From contig OX597817.1 of NCBI GenBank assembly GCA_951406725.2, forward strand, positions 174,902,001 to 174,966,000: a stretch of DNA of 64,000 nt, given 5' to 3'. Position 1 is the stretch's first letter, and every line of letters begins with the position of its first letter. The notes below the pieces were generated by a model. It worked only from the letters and a program-made list of their open reading frames with translations, made no database searches and was not told the DNA's origin. The stretch comes from Octopus vulgaris (taxonomy: Eukaryota). This document shows, piece after piece, positions 49,942 to 63,071 of this stretch. Position numbers and translations under genes: made by a program.

Positions 49942-50571
49942 ACATACTCAACTACCAGGACTTGGTTGCTTTCATAGTCCACATTTCTCTTGCTATTTAA
50001 CATCTCATTTCCTACACATCCATCATATTGCTTATTTTAAAATGTTATTTAAAAACAAAAAGAGATGCTCTTTGCTTTCGATAGAAGAATTTCTTGTAAC
50101 TTTCCTTTGTCTACATCAATTCATTACACCAGTCTGTAGTAATTTTACTTTGACATTTTTTATAGTGAAACTAGTTTCAGGTTAATGTGGGGGCTCTGAT
50201 TCTAAATATGACATAAATTTTTGTCTAACAAGTCATAATTAGTCACTAATTACCATAGAACAGAAATGTGCAGTCACACATTTTTGGCAATTTATGAAAA
50301 TTATGGATGATAATTCTTCATTTGAAAGCATTCTATTCATTTAAAAATGAAGTTGCACCTACAAAACTTTTTTAAGAGAACAGACAAGTTTATTTCTTAC
50401 AAAACCTGTATGACATCTTATCCATAAGTTCAAAAGCTCTCGAGTATAATGTCTCTATTTCATTAGATAAGTTCCTTTTCCATCTGCGGCATATATGTAG
50501 CATCCATTATCAATATATAGCAACCAGCTTTTTTACTGTACTTACTCTATCTAATAATTTCTTATTGGACC

Positions 50572-51090
50572 TACTGTAAATCCTCGAGTATAGTCTGCCC
50601 TTGAGTATAATACGCAGAGGACTTTTAGTGAGCTCTACAGCTGAAAAACCTAAATCTTGTGTATAATACGCACCTCTTCTCTAACTTGAGTCAAGGAGGT
50701 CTATATAATGTCGTTGGTTTGTAAAACAGTAAACGGTAACGTCCTTTATTATTATTGTATATATAACGTAATACAAACGTGTAGCTTTTTTGTGCATTTT
50801 GTTTGCAGAAAATAAAGAAATAACAGTAATGACAGTAACGTTTAATAAATGTTGATTACTGCAAGTTATGGATGATCCTTTTATGACTTTTATGACAGGC
50901 TTAGCTTAAGGTATTTTCGCGCCCAACATCACAAAATGCATCTGAATAAACATTGCCAGACAGCAAATAGAGACTCGGACATTGCTTAGGAAATAATTTT
51001 CATTTTTAACCTCGTATATAGTACACGCTAGGGATTTTGACCTTTAAATTTTGGGGAAAAAATGCGGATTATACATGAGGATTTATGGTA
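50572..51090. mobile_element. TcMar-type MITE
   Basis: TIRs tactgtaaatcctcgagtata / tatacatgaggatttatggta with TA ends. Confidence 0.75.
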
Positions 51091-51252
51091 TATTATTTAG
51101 TTTGAAACAATGTTCCTAAATCTATTAGTCCATTAACACTTCATGAACTTCAAGGCCTTGTCATCAGAATGAAGTGATGGTATTACATCCTATTGGGTGA
51201 CTTGCCCAGACCAATGCATCTCTTACATACCAGATACACCAATCTTCCAAAG

Positions 51253-51289
51253 AAGTCTTCATATACTCAACTTGAGTATATGAAGACTT
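51253..51289. repeat. Perfect 37-bp palindrome
   Basis: AAGTCTTCATATACTCAA-C-TTGAGTATATGAAGACTT. Confidence 0.95.
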
Positions 51290-51439
51290 TTTGGTCTGTT
51301 GATACCTGCATGTCCATTTGTGATTGTTAAGTGAAGGAAGTTGCTAAATATTCCACCCTTGCTTCTTCAGCAGTCACCTGTATGATGAGTTCTTCTTTTC
51401 CTCATTACTGAGGTAATGCTGGGAAGACTGCCACACAGT

Positions 51440-51745
51440 TACTGATTGACTGTGGATTGCACCTAGAAAGTTACTCTCCCAGGTACAAGTCCGGGCAAGG
51501 ATGTTTATGGAAGACCAGCAGTCGCCCATGCATACCGGCCTCCCCTCTCCATGCCACCAGTGTTGTCCAAGGGAAGGGCAAAGGCCAATACAGCTTGGCA
51601 CATGTGACATCACAGCTCATTTCTACAGCTGAATGAACTGGTGCAACATGAGATAAAGTGTCTTGCTCAAGAATACAACACAGCCTGATCTGGGAATTGA
51701 ACTCACAACTTCACGATTGTAAGCTCGACACTCTAACCACTGAGT
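51440..51745 (-). mobile_element. tRNA-derived SINE family D
   Basis: Minus-strand head ctcagtggttagagtgtcgagcttacaatc; matches 28290-28585. Confidence 0.8.
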
Positions 51746-52189
51746 ATCAGCTAAGGTAGGGGTCCCCAACCAGAGTGCAGACAAGTACCAAACAATGAAT
51801 CTTTTGGTACCAGGCTGCACAGAAAGAACAAATATTTAAATTTCATTTCTATTTTATTGACTGCAGAGTGTTTTTGCATTGTATATGTATTATCTTTTCT
51901 TTAGCTTTTCATTTTTTTTGCCTGTTTCAGTCGTTAGCCTATGGCCTTGCTGGGGCACCACTTTGAAAAATTTTTAGGGAAATGAGTCAATACCAGTACT
52001 TATTTTTTTAAAGCCTGGTACTTATTTTAGTGAACTCTTTTGCTGAACCACTAAGTTATGGTGATGTAAACACATCAACACCAGTTGTCAGGTGGTGGTG
52101 GAGAATAAATACACACACACACACACATAACAAGCTTCTTTCAGGTTCTATCTACCAAATCCACTCACAAGGCTTTGGTTGGCCCAAGA

Positions 52190-52419
52190 TTAACCCTTTT
52201 GTTACCATATTTCTGTTGAGATGCTCTGTATGTCTTTCAATTAATTTTAAATATAACAAAGAATTTAGTAAAATAACTTAGTTATCATTCAGCTAGTTTT
52301 AGGAACATAAATTGTGATGAAGGTTTGGTGGAAGATTTTAATTCAAAACGTATGGAAACAAGACATTTGTACTAAAGAGCCAGAGCCGGTTTCAGCCGGG
52401 TTGGTAACAAAAGGGTTAA
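52190..52419. mobile_element. piggyBac-like MITE nested in a family-A SINE
   Basis: TTAA TSD and perfect 14-bp TIR CCCTTTTGTTACCA; the host SINE resumes on both sides (~51915-52512). Confidence 0.88.
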
Positions 52420-53518
52420 AGTAGAAGACACTTGCCCAAAGTGCTACACAGTAGGACTGAACCTGGAATCATGTGGTTGGGAAGCAAGCTTCTTACCACA
52501 CAGCCACTCCCGTAATATATATATATGCTTAATATACATAATTATTAAATAATATATTATCCACGTTCTTGTTATGTTTGCCCATTATGCCACTCTTCCG
52601 TGGAAAGATCATCTTGCATGAGACCAATCTGTGGTGCAAAAAGGGTTGTGGACCACTGAGCCAAGATGACTCTGAAGCACCTAACAAGATGCGGATACTA
52701 ATGTTTATCAGTTGGCTGTAGATCTGATGGTATGCCAAAATCATTTGTTAGCCAGGATGACAGCTGTTGTGATAGTAACTTACATAATAAATAATAATTT
52801 ACACTTTACCCCCTACCCCTGCTATTGAGCACTCTTTCTTCTGCTCATCACCACTTGAGTGTATGTGTGTGTGTGTGAGTGTGTGTGTGTGTGTGAGTGT
52901 GTGTGTGTGTGAGTGTGGTGTAAGTATGCATATTTGTATTAAATGGTTAAGTAGAAGAATAGCAGGAATTTAATTAACATCAGCCTCCTCCGCTCCTTTA
53001 TCACCACTGTCATTATGATCTCCACCCCCACGCCCACCATCACCACCACCAACAACAACAACAACAACAACGCCATTATCGCCAGCAACAGCACCACCAT
53101 CAACCAATGTTGTCATACCAGAAAATCTTATCTTTCCTCTGCATACTGAACAATTCCTTTAAAGCATAGTCACTCACTCAATTCACTTGCATTCAAACTT
53201 TCTTCAGAGATTAACATTGCACAGTCAAAAACAGATTACTCTAAACACGTCTGTATCCAATTTCTATGACTTGGCTGCCTTCACTGTCCATATTTCCTTT
53301 GCCATTTAGCATCTTATTTCCTACACAGCCATCATACAGCATGCTTTTGATTGTTTTTTTTATGAGAGAAGCTCTTTGTTTTCTGCAGTAGTTCTTGTAG
53401 AGTTTGCCTATGTCTACACCAGTGTTTTTCAACCATTTTTTACCTATGAACCACTTTGATCCCTATTTCATTCATATGGACCCCACCAAAGCCAATTGAT
53501 ATTTTAAAAAATTTCATT

Positions 53519-53924
53519 AGGCGCAGGAGTGGCTGTGTGGTAAGTAGCTTGCTTACGAACCACATTGTTCCGGGTTCAGTCCCACTGCATGGCACCTTGG
53601 GTAAGTGTCTTCTACTATAACCTTGGGCCGACCAAAGCCTTGTGAGTGGATTTGGTAGATGGAAACTGAAAGAAGCCTGTCATATATATGTATACATATA
53701 TGTGTGTGTGTATATATGTTTGTGTGTCTGTGTTTGTCCCCCCCCCAAACATCGCTTGACAACTAATGCTGGTGTGTTTACGTCCCTGTAACTTAGCGGT
53801 TCGGCAATAGGAACCGATAGAATAAGTACTAGGTTTACAAAGAATAAGTCCTGGGGTCGATTTGCTTGACTAAAGGCAGTGCTCCAGCATGGCCACAGTC
53901 AAATGACTGAAACAAGTAAAGAGT
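53519..53924 (+). mobile_element. SINE family A
   Basis: Full-length copy. Confidence 0.9.
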
Positions 53925-54147
53925 ATATATTTTTAAAATTTTACTTGTTCTACTCATCTGACTGCGGCCATGCTGGGATATCACCTTGCAGAATTCCAGT
54001 TGAACAAATCAAACCCAGCACTCATTATCTTTGTAAAGCCTGATATTTATTCTGTTGGTCTCTTTTGCTGAACCACTAAGTTGCAGGGACATAAACATAA
54101 CAACACCAGTTGTCAAGTGATAGTGGAGGACAAATACAGACACAAAT

Positions 54148-54348
54148 ATCCTGACTTTAAGGATATCATGAAAAGCCTGGTTGGAGGCCCAACCTTCCAA
54201 GTTCTTTTACAGAGCTTAGAAAAACTGAAGGACCCCCTGCAATAAGTGTGTGAATCTGAAAAGGGGATATGTTGAATAAAATCATAATTAACTGATCCTT
54301 CTGTATTTTCTTTTACCCGAAGGCAGGAACTTGTCAGCACCCCCTCAT
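54148..54348 (+). mobile_element. Mariner-derived MITE nested in a family-A SINE
   Basis: Right TIR aggaacttgtcagcaccccctca-ta; same body as 46490-46900. Confidence 0.7.
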
Positions 54349-54629
54349 ACACACACATACAGACATATACATATATGATGGGCTTCTTTCAGTTTCTGTC
54401 TATCAAATTCACTTACAAGGCTTTGGTTGACCTGAGGCTATAGTAGAAGACACTTGCCCAGGGTTAAACGCAGTGGGACTTAAGCTGGAACCATCTCGTT
54501 AGGAAGCAAACTTCTTACCACACTGCCAAACCTGCACATTTTTATTAGGAATTGTATAAAAAGTAAAATTATCAAAAATGTTGTGTATTGTAGAAGTAAA
54601 GCCAATTTATTGCAGATAAACCCAAATGA

Positions 54630-55082
54630 AATCATAGTTGTGGCCGATGCTGGTGTGACTTAACTGGTACTCATGCCAGTGGCACATAAAATGCACCTTT
54701 TGAGCATTAGGCCACATGGAGGCAATGTAGCCAATGTTATTGTTGTGTATGTAGCACCTGTGTTGGTGGCATGTAAAAAGCACCTTTTGAGTGTTGGGCC
54801 TCACAGAGTCAATGACAAATGACTGAGACCTTTGTCAATATGCTGTGTTTGAGAAGAAGAAGACCCATTGGCAGATACTAGAGTTATGCAACAGGAACCC
54901 ATGCTGGTGGCATGTAAAAGCACCCATCACACTCTTGGATTGGTTAGCATTAGGAAGGGCATCTGGCCATAGAAACCATGCCAAATTAAACTGGAGTCTG
55001 GTGCAGCCTCTTAGCTTACTAGCCCTGATCAAACCATCCAACCAAGGCCAGCATGGACAACAGACATTAAATGATGATGATG
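54630..55082 (+). mobile_element. SINE-like family C, older copy
   Basis: gtggcatgtaaaaagcacc modules and tail. Confidence 0.8.
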
Positions 55083-55122
55083 TGTGTATGTGTGTGTACA
55101 TATGAAAAGCTTCTTTCAGTTT

Positions 55123-55356
55123 CTTATTTCTTTACTGCCCACAAGGGGCTACACACAGAGAGGACAAACAAGGACAGACAAACAGATTAAGTCGATTATA
55201 TTGACCCCAGTGCATAACTGGTACTTAATTTATCGACCCCGAAAGGATGAAAGGCAAAGTTGACCTCAGCGGAATTTGAACTCAGAACGTAGCGGCAGAC
55301 GAAATACTGCTAAGCATTTCGCCCGGCGTGCTAGCGATTCTGCCAGCTCACCACCT
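55123..55356 (-). mobile_element. SINE family B with TSD, nested in a family-A fragment
   Basis: Flanked by duplicated cttctttcagtttct. Confidence 0.9.
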
Positions 55357-55817
55357 TCTTTCAGTTTCTGTCAACAAAATCCACTCACAAGGCTTTGGTT
55401 GGCCTGGGGCTATAGTAGAAGATAGCAGTATATAGTAGACACTTGCTCAAAGTACCACACAGTGGGACTGAACCTTTGTCTTTATTTTTTATTATGATGA
55501 TAATCAAATTAGTTTCTTACAAAACTTACATACCACAACCACTTAATTACCATATCACAAAACCATAAAACTAGTGGCTGATATTAAAGGCAGACACCAA
55601 CATCACTATAAAGAATACAGCACAGTATTATACATGAATATGTTGTCCAACAGAGAAAATATCTGGTTTAGATTTTTATGATAAAGTATCAATTGCTAAT
55701 AATTAACTGAGAATGGTTGTAAAGCAGATAAGCACTTAATGAAGGTTTCTTAGAAATGTGTTTGTTTCTGTACAGATCTGATGAATGAACTGTGTTTACT
55801 TGGGCAGGAGTTAGGAT

Positions 55818-56182
55818 TTTTTTTTTTTTTGCGCCCTTTTAAAGCCTAGCCAGGTTCATAGGCCCAGTTTCCCGGTTTCCATGGCATATGTGTTCCCCAG
55901 CTGGACGGGATGCCAGTCCATCACAGGAATAAATGCGCCCTTTTAAAGCCTTGCCAGGCTCATGGGCCCGGATTTCCAGTTTCAATGGCGTATGTGCTCC
56001 CCAGCTGGACGATAAGCTAGTCCATCGCAGCGTTACTCATTTTTGCCAGCTGAGTGGACTGGAGCAACGTGAAATGAAGTGTTTTGCTCAAGAACACAAT
56101 GCATCGCCCGGTCCAGGAATCGAAACCACAATCTTACGATCATGATACTGACACCCTAACCACTAAACCACGGGCCTCCACT
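55818..56182 (-). mobile_element. tRNA-derived SINE (V-domain-like) with duplicated 3' end
   Basis: Poly(T) on the plus strand; gcgcccttttaaagcct occurs twice; agttaggat TSD. Confidence 0.85.
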
Positions 56183-56742
56183 AGTTAGGATGTAATATAA
56201 GTTTTAAAATGCATTTTCTTCGCAGCCTTTTAAATTACTTCAGTGTAAATTTAGAGGATGTTGATAGTGAAGAGCAATCTGAACATTTCCTCCCAGGCAG
56301 AAAAAAAAAGAGAAGAAAGATTATGGCAAAAGATACTTCGAACATTAGAAGATAAACGTCTTGGCAGTCTATTGTTGGTTCCTTATAAGAGAGAAAAACA
56401 AATGATTATGTTTAATATTCCAAGAATAGAAAGCTACTAGTTTAAACTGCACTTGTTGAACTAACTTTTGCTATGACTTCAGATGTTGAGTTAACATGAA
56501 ATGGATAGAATTTATCAGATATTTAATGTATTTCTTGCCAGAATGTTATTTTGTGTGTGTGTGTGTGAGAGAGAGAGTTTATGATTGGATAGAGCAAAAA
56601 CAACTACCTTTGTGTTTCTCACCACATGGTTTTGAGTTCAGTCCTACTGTGTGGCACCTTGGACAAGTGTCTTCTATATACTACTATCTGAAAGAAGCTT
56701 GTGTATATATACATACATACACACACACACACATATATATAT

Positions 56743-56743
<1 letters not shown>

Positions 56744-56778
<35 letters not shown>

Positions 56779-57310
56779 GTCGTCGTCGTCGTCGTTTAAC
56801 ATCCGCTTTCCATGCAGGCATGGGTTGGATAGCTTGACTGAGGACTGGCGAACCAGATGGCTGCACCAGGCTCCAATCTGATCTGGCAAAGTTTCTTCTG
56901 CTGGATGCCCTTCCCAACACCAACCACTCTCTGAGTGTAGTGGGTGCTTTTATGTGCCACTGGCAATGACCACGCTCAAAAGCTGTTTTTTACATGCCAC
57001 CTGCATGGGAACCAGTCCATTGGCACTGGCAACAACCATGCTCGAATGTTGTTTTCCACATACCACCGGCACATGAACCAGTAAGGCGACGCTGGCAACG
57101 ATCACGCTCGAATGGTACTATTTACATGCCACTGGTACAGGAGCCTGTCAGCAGCCCTGGCAATGGTCATGCTCGGATGGTGCTTTTAATGTTCCACTGG
57201 GACGAGTGCCAATCAGGTGGTACTGTCATCGGCCATGTCAACGATTATGCTTTTGATTTCACTTGCCTCTACAGGTCTTCGCAAACAGAGTTTATTGTCC
57301 AATGAATGAA
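56744..57310 (-). mobile_element. SINE-like family C
   Basis: (CAT)n(CGT)n tail and modules. Confidence 0.85.
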
Positions 57311-57333
57311 GGGTACTCATAAGTGGGCTGGCT

Positions 57334-57355
57334 ATACATACATACATACATACAT

Positions 57356-57403
<48 letters not shown>

Positions 57404-57521
57404 ACACACATACATACATACATACATACATACATAAATACATACATACATACATAAATACATAAATACATACATACATACATACATACATACATACATA
57501 CATACATACATACATACATAA

Positions 57522-57556
<35 letters not shown>

Positions 57557-57585
57557 TACATACATACATACATACATACATACAT

Positions 57586-57625
<40 letters not shown>

Positions 57626-57669
57626 ACATACATACATACATAAATACATACATACATACATACATACAT

Positions 57670-57716
<47 letters not shown>

Positions 57717-57733
57717 TACATACATACATACAT

Positions 57734-57787
<54 letters not shown>

Positions 57788-58013
57788 ACACACATACATA
57801 CATACATACATACATACATACATACATACATACATACATACATACACACATACATACACACACACACACATACATACATACATACATACATACATACATA
57901 CATACATACATACACATACACACACACACACACACATACACACACACATACATACATACATACATACATACATACATACATACATACACACACACATACA
58001 CACATACATACAT

Positions 58014-58070
<57 letters not shown>

Positions 58071-58083
58071 TACATACATACAT

Positions 58084-58142
<59 letters not shown>

Positions 58143-58171
58143 TACATACATACATACATACATACATACAT

Positions 58172-58254
<83 letters not shown>

Positions 58255-58342
58255 TACATACATACATACATACATACATACATACATACATACATACATA
58301 CATACATACATACATACATACATACATACATACATACATACA
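57334..58342. repeat. ~1-kb compound (TACA)n/(CA)n satellite
   Basis: Alternating blocks; source of the spurious 335-376 aa ORFs. Confidence 0.97.
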
Positions 58343-58818
58343 TTAAAAGTCAGGGTACAAAATGCACCTGTTTGCTAGAAAGAAGAGTTAAAACTCTCCA
58401 GCTCCATGCATCTCTCACTATATCTAAACAAACCTGAAGGGTTTAAATTACAGAGAAGAGCAACACATAGGTCCTTTTTAATAATGACTATAATTATATA
58501 TTATTTATTAGATAATATATGCTCCATTTAGAGCAACTAAACCTAAATGATTGACTGAAAAAAGATGAGCCGAGCCACTGGGAATTGAACATGACATCAA
58601 TGCTTACATGGCTCCATACGCACTCAATTCAACCACATAGCCCACCCATCAATTTCAGACAATTTTAATGTATAGATAATTTTAGTACCCAAAAACAAGA
58701 TAAAATGGACACCTTTGATGCAAACAGCAAATAGAATCAATCTGACCATTTCCTAACCATGTTAAACCTTCTTCAGAGAAGGAAGAACTATCTTTTGTCC
58801 TTGTAAGTCATTGCCATT

Positions 58819-59046
58819 TAACCATTTTGCATTCAGGTTACTCTGTCAAATGCAATGCTCATCTATTTGCATTAATTCAAATTAAACATTTATTGTCTTG
58901 TAGCCTCAAGACTTCAGTGGTGTGATTGTTTATCTTTAGGATGACATTGTAAGGTAGGTATAAGAGGCCAAATCCAGCTGGTTTGAGCATAAAACAGGTC
59001 GAATATTTGGGCTGGATATGGCTGATTTAAACGCTAAAAGGTCAAA
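58819..59046. mobile_element. piggyBac-like MITE, same family as 49732-49941
   Basis: ttaa-ccatttt...aaaagg-tcaa; shared body ctctgtcaaatgcaatgct. Confidence 0.65.
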
Positions 59047-59924
59047 TAAATTTGCATAGAGCTAAATTAGTTCTGTTTCAGTTACACAATTGTGCAAAAT
59101 GAATGAATTAATTATTCATGTTGTCATAACTTGAACCATTATACAAATTAAATAAATTCAAAGTGGTGCCCCAGCAGGGTTGAAACAAGTAATACACACA
59201 CACACACATATGGCATGTAAAAAACACCATTTCAAGCATGGCTGTTGCCAGTGCCACCTGACTGGCCCTCATGCCAGTGGCACATAAAAGCACCCACTAC
59301 ACTCTTGGAGGAAGAAAAGAAGGGGGAGGGAGGGAGGAGAGGAAGGAGGAGGAAGGAAAGATGACGAAGTGGAAGGAAGAGGAAGGGAGGAAGTGGAAGA
59401 GAGGAGGAAGGAGGATGAAGGAGTAAGGGAGGAAGGAGGAGGAGGGGAGAAAGGGAGGAAAAGAGAGAAGGGTAGTAGAGGAGGGAGGAGGAAAGAAAAT
59501 AATTGATGATGGTTGTGGTGTTAGTGATAACGGTGTTGGTATTAATGGTGGTGATTTGTAGTGATGGTGGAGACAGTGGTGACAATGGCAGCTATGGTGG
59601 TAGCACTTCTTTGAAGTGTGGAGCTAATAGTAATTTAAAAAAAACGAAAAATGATATAAGTAGTAATGAGTTGATGAAGCCAATAATGGCAACAATGATG
59701 ATGATGATGGTTTAATTTCCAATAATGACTTTAATGATTTGTATGGAGGACATAAATATGCTGAATGCAATGCTTCAAACAGCCTTAAGTCGAATTCTAT
59801 ATTTCATTCTGGCATGTGAGATTCAAAGAACATTTATGATCCAGTTTGATACAGTGTTCCTTCAGAAAAACATTATTTGCCCAGAGGCATAGCCAGGTTC
59901 TTTTTCATAGTAGCTGCTTTCTCA

Positions 59925-60480
59925 TATACGAGCAAAACCATTGTTAGAAAGAGTCATTGAAATGAGTCATTGATGGTGCAATGTGAAGCCCTTGTATGAC
60001 TCTTCAACCTCGCGAAAGATTTGCACATTCTATTGCTGTGCTGGCTGGTAGAAGGAACAGGTACCACAGTATGAACTCTTTTGACTTGCCTTTTCAATCC
60101 TCCAACTAAAAGGTACACCTTTCCACAGGCTGCACATGTTCTGTTGTGAACAATAGCCATTTCACAATTTACAATGGCTTGATTCCCCTGAGTTCTCTGA
60201 TGGCTGATCAGGCCTGCATGACTCAAACATTTCCTCCCACAAATCACACACATAAAAAAGCAACACTCCCTCACTTTCCACAGATTCATTCTTTCTAAGC
60301 CTTCTCTTAATCTTCTCATGCTTCATTCTCTCTCTTTCAAACTTTGAACAACCACTCTGCACTCTTTTCCTCCACCCGTTTTGGTCTTGTGCCTCTGTCT
60401 ACCAGTCAATAACTGAAACTCCTGTCTGTGTCAGTGCAATTCTGAGTCAGTCCTTGAACCTCATTTTGGGTTTATGTGCT
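59925..60480 (-). mobile_element. RTE-clade LINE 3' end with C-terminal C2H2-like zinc fingers (pseudogene)
   Basis: HKPKMRFKD*LRIALTQTG..DW*TEAQDQNGWRKRVQSG (RTE C-terminus), then CVICGRKCLSHAGLISH, CAACGKVYLLVGGLKRQVKRVH and CKSFARLKSHTRASH. Confidence 0.8.
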
Positions 60481-60816
60481 GGTTAAGTTGACTACTTTCT
60501 AGTCAGTGTTAGAGCTATAATAGGGGTTTGGAATGGGGACTAGATGAATAAAGCTGAGGAGGTGATTTGATCAAATCAACTCCTGTACTCGACTGCTATT
60601 TTATCTTGTTTTTTTTACTTGCTTCAGTCATTAGACTCTGGCCATGCTGGGTCACCACCTTGAAAAATTTTTAGTCAAATATATGTGAATACATATATAT
60701 GTGTGTATATATATGTATATATATATATATATTTATCAAAAGAAAAACAGGATGCATATATATATATATGTATGTATATATGTGTGTGTATATATATATA
60801 TACATTATATATGTAG

Positions 60817-60907
<91 letters not shown>

Positions 60908-60919
60908 CTGTCTTTCTAC

Positions 60920-60969
<50 letters not shown>

Positions 60970-61274
60970 GTCTATCTATCTATCTATCTACATACATATG
61001 TGTGTATGTATATATGTATGATTGTGTGTGTGTGTGTGTATTTGTAGGTATATATCTATGCATATACTTATACACATATATGTATATTTATGCATGAGCA
61101 TGCATTTGTAGGAAAAGTTACCCCTGAAAGTCAAGTGCAGAGAGGATCAATTATTCAAATCCATTGTTAAATAATAAAAAACACAAAATCTGAATTTAAT
61201 TATGTCAAAAATTTAAAATTCAAATTATTTAGGTTAGTGATAAATCTCTACCAGAAAGATAACACACTTCGCTT

Positions 61275-61289
61275 GTTGCTAACAGCAAC
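61275..61289. promoter_or_regulatory. RFX X-box-like palindrome
   Basis: GTTGCT-AAC-AGCAAC in a CpG-retaining unique patch, ~65 bp upstream of a GG|GTAAGA donor-like site. Confidence 0.4.
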
Positions 61290-62024
61290 ATCGTAGCCAT
61301 TTCGATGGCCAAGTGAACTGAGGCAAAACAGTTAAAAATCTAATCTAGAAACAGGGTAAGATAAATTACCTGTAGCAGATTTCATTGGGACCACCCAAAC
61401 CTTATTCAGTCAGCCATTTCAGCTTTATTTATCTAGTCCCCCGTTCCAAACCCTTAATAGAACTCTAACACTGACTAGAAAGTTGTAAACCTAACCTCAA
61501 CTTGATCAGTAAACCACAACAAATTGGATGATAACTGCAAGAATTTGACCTCGGCTGTGAGGCTGTGTATGTAATTACCAGCAGAGCAAACATACAGGAA
61601 AAGCAGGTGTTAGAGGAGTGGTAACAGGAGTAGTAATAGAGGTGGAAAGGGGGGATGAAGAAAAATAAACAATAATAATGATAATAATAATGATAATAAT
61701 AATAATGATAATAATAATGATAATAATAATGATAATAATAACGATAATAATAATAATGATAATAATAATGATAATAATAATAATGATAATAATAATGATA
61801 ATAATAATCCTTTCTACTGTAGGCATATGATCCGAAATTTTGAGAGAAGGGAATAGTCGATTAGATTGACTCCAGTACGTGACTGCTACTTAATTTATCG
61901 ACCCCAAAAGGATGAAAGGTAAAGTCGACCTTGGGGGAATTTGAACTCGGAATTTAAAGACAAACAAAATATTGCCAAGTATTTTACCTGGTGTGCTAAT
62001 GATTCTGCCTGCTTAGTGCCTTAA

Positions 62025-62064
<40 letters not shown>

Positions 62065-62087
62065 AAGAAGAAGAAGAAGAAGAAGAA

Positions 62088-62870
62088 GCAAACCCATCAG
62101 TGGCTACGGAGCTCAGGGCTAAAAGCAGAGAGCGAAGGTTTCATCCTGGCTGCTCAAGATCAAAGCCTATTAACCCGGAACTATCAGGCCAATGTGAATG
62201 AAAATGGAGCAGACCCAAAATGCCGATTCTGCAATGACATGATTGAAACAGTGGACCACCTAATCTCTGGATGTAAAGTCTTAGCACCAGTGGAGTATAA
62301 ATTAAGACATGACAGAGTTGGCCAATATCTACACTGGCTAATAAGTCGGCATTACAATATCAAAACTGCTGACAAGTGGTATAATCAGCCAATAAACCAG
62401 ATATTGTTGTGAAAGACAAAAACAATAAAGTTTGCTTATTGATCGACATGAGCATTCCCTGTGATCATAATATCTCAGCGAAAGAGTTTGACAAGCTCAG
62501 AAAATATAAAGACCTACTCATTGATATTGAGAAAATGTGGCATCTCAAGGCGGTTACAATACCAGTGATCGTAGGAGCACTAGGAATGATCAAGAAGGGA
62601 ACTGAAAATTATATGAGAATGATCCCTGACCATCCCTGCAAGAAGTGCAAAAGATTGTCTTAACTGGTACATCACACAGTATTGAGAAGAGCATTTCGAT
62701 GTGAGAACTATTACTACCCATGTATTTTAATTCAACTTAAAAAAAAAATGAACGAACTATTGAGTTTAGTTTAATGGCCTACCAATGTATACTATGAGTT
62801 TCTTTGCCCTAGGAGTTGGGAAGACACTCGGCAAGAAACGGAAGCAAATTTGAAAGAAGAAAAAAAAAAA
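62088..62870 (+). mobile_element. R4/Dong-like non-LTR retrotransposon 3' end (CCHC knuckle and RLE endonuclease)
   Basis: WLRSSGLKAESEGFILAAQDQSL, CRFCNDMIETVDHLISGC, RHD, KPDIVVKDK...LIDMSIP, KLRKYKDL, IPVIVGALG; poly(A) and (AAT)n flanks. Confidence 0.92.
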
Positions 62871-63071
62871 ATTAATAATAATAATAATAATAATCCTTTC
62901 TACTATAGGCACAAGGCCTGGAAATTGACTGGTACTTAATATGTTGACCTCAAAAGGATGAAACGCAAAGTCGACCTCGGTGGAATTTGAACTCAGAACA
63001 TTTCGTCAGACAGATGAAATACCTCTAAACATTTCACCTGGTGTGCTAACGACTCTGCTAGCTCACCGCCT

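Noticed and set aside
57213-58343. 335-376 aa ORFs in three frames
   Set aside because: Pure translation of (TATG)/(TG) microsatellite.
59954-60319. Host C2H2 zinc-finger gene
   Set aside because: Contiguous with a stop-containing RTE ORF2 C-terminus, and the fingers are degenerate.
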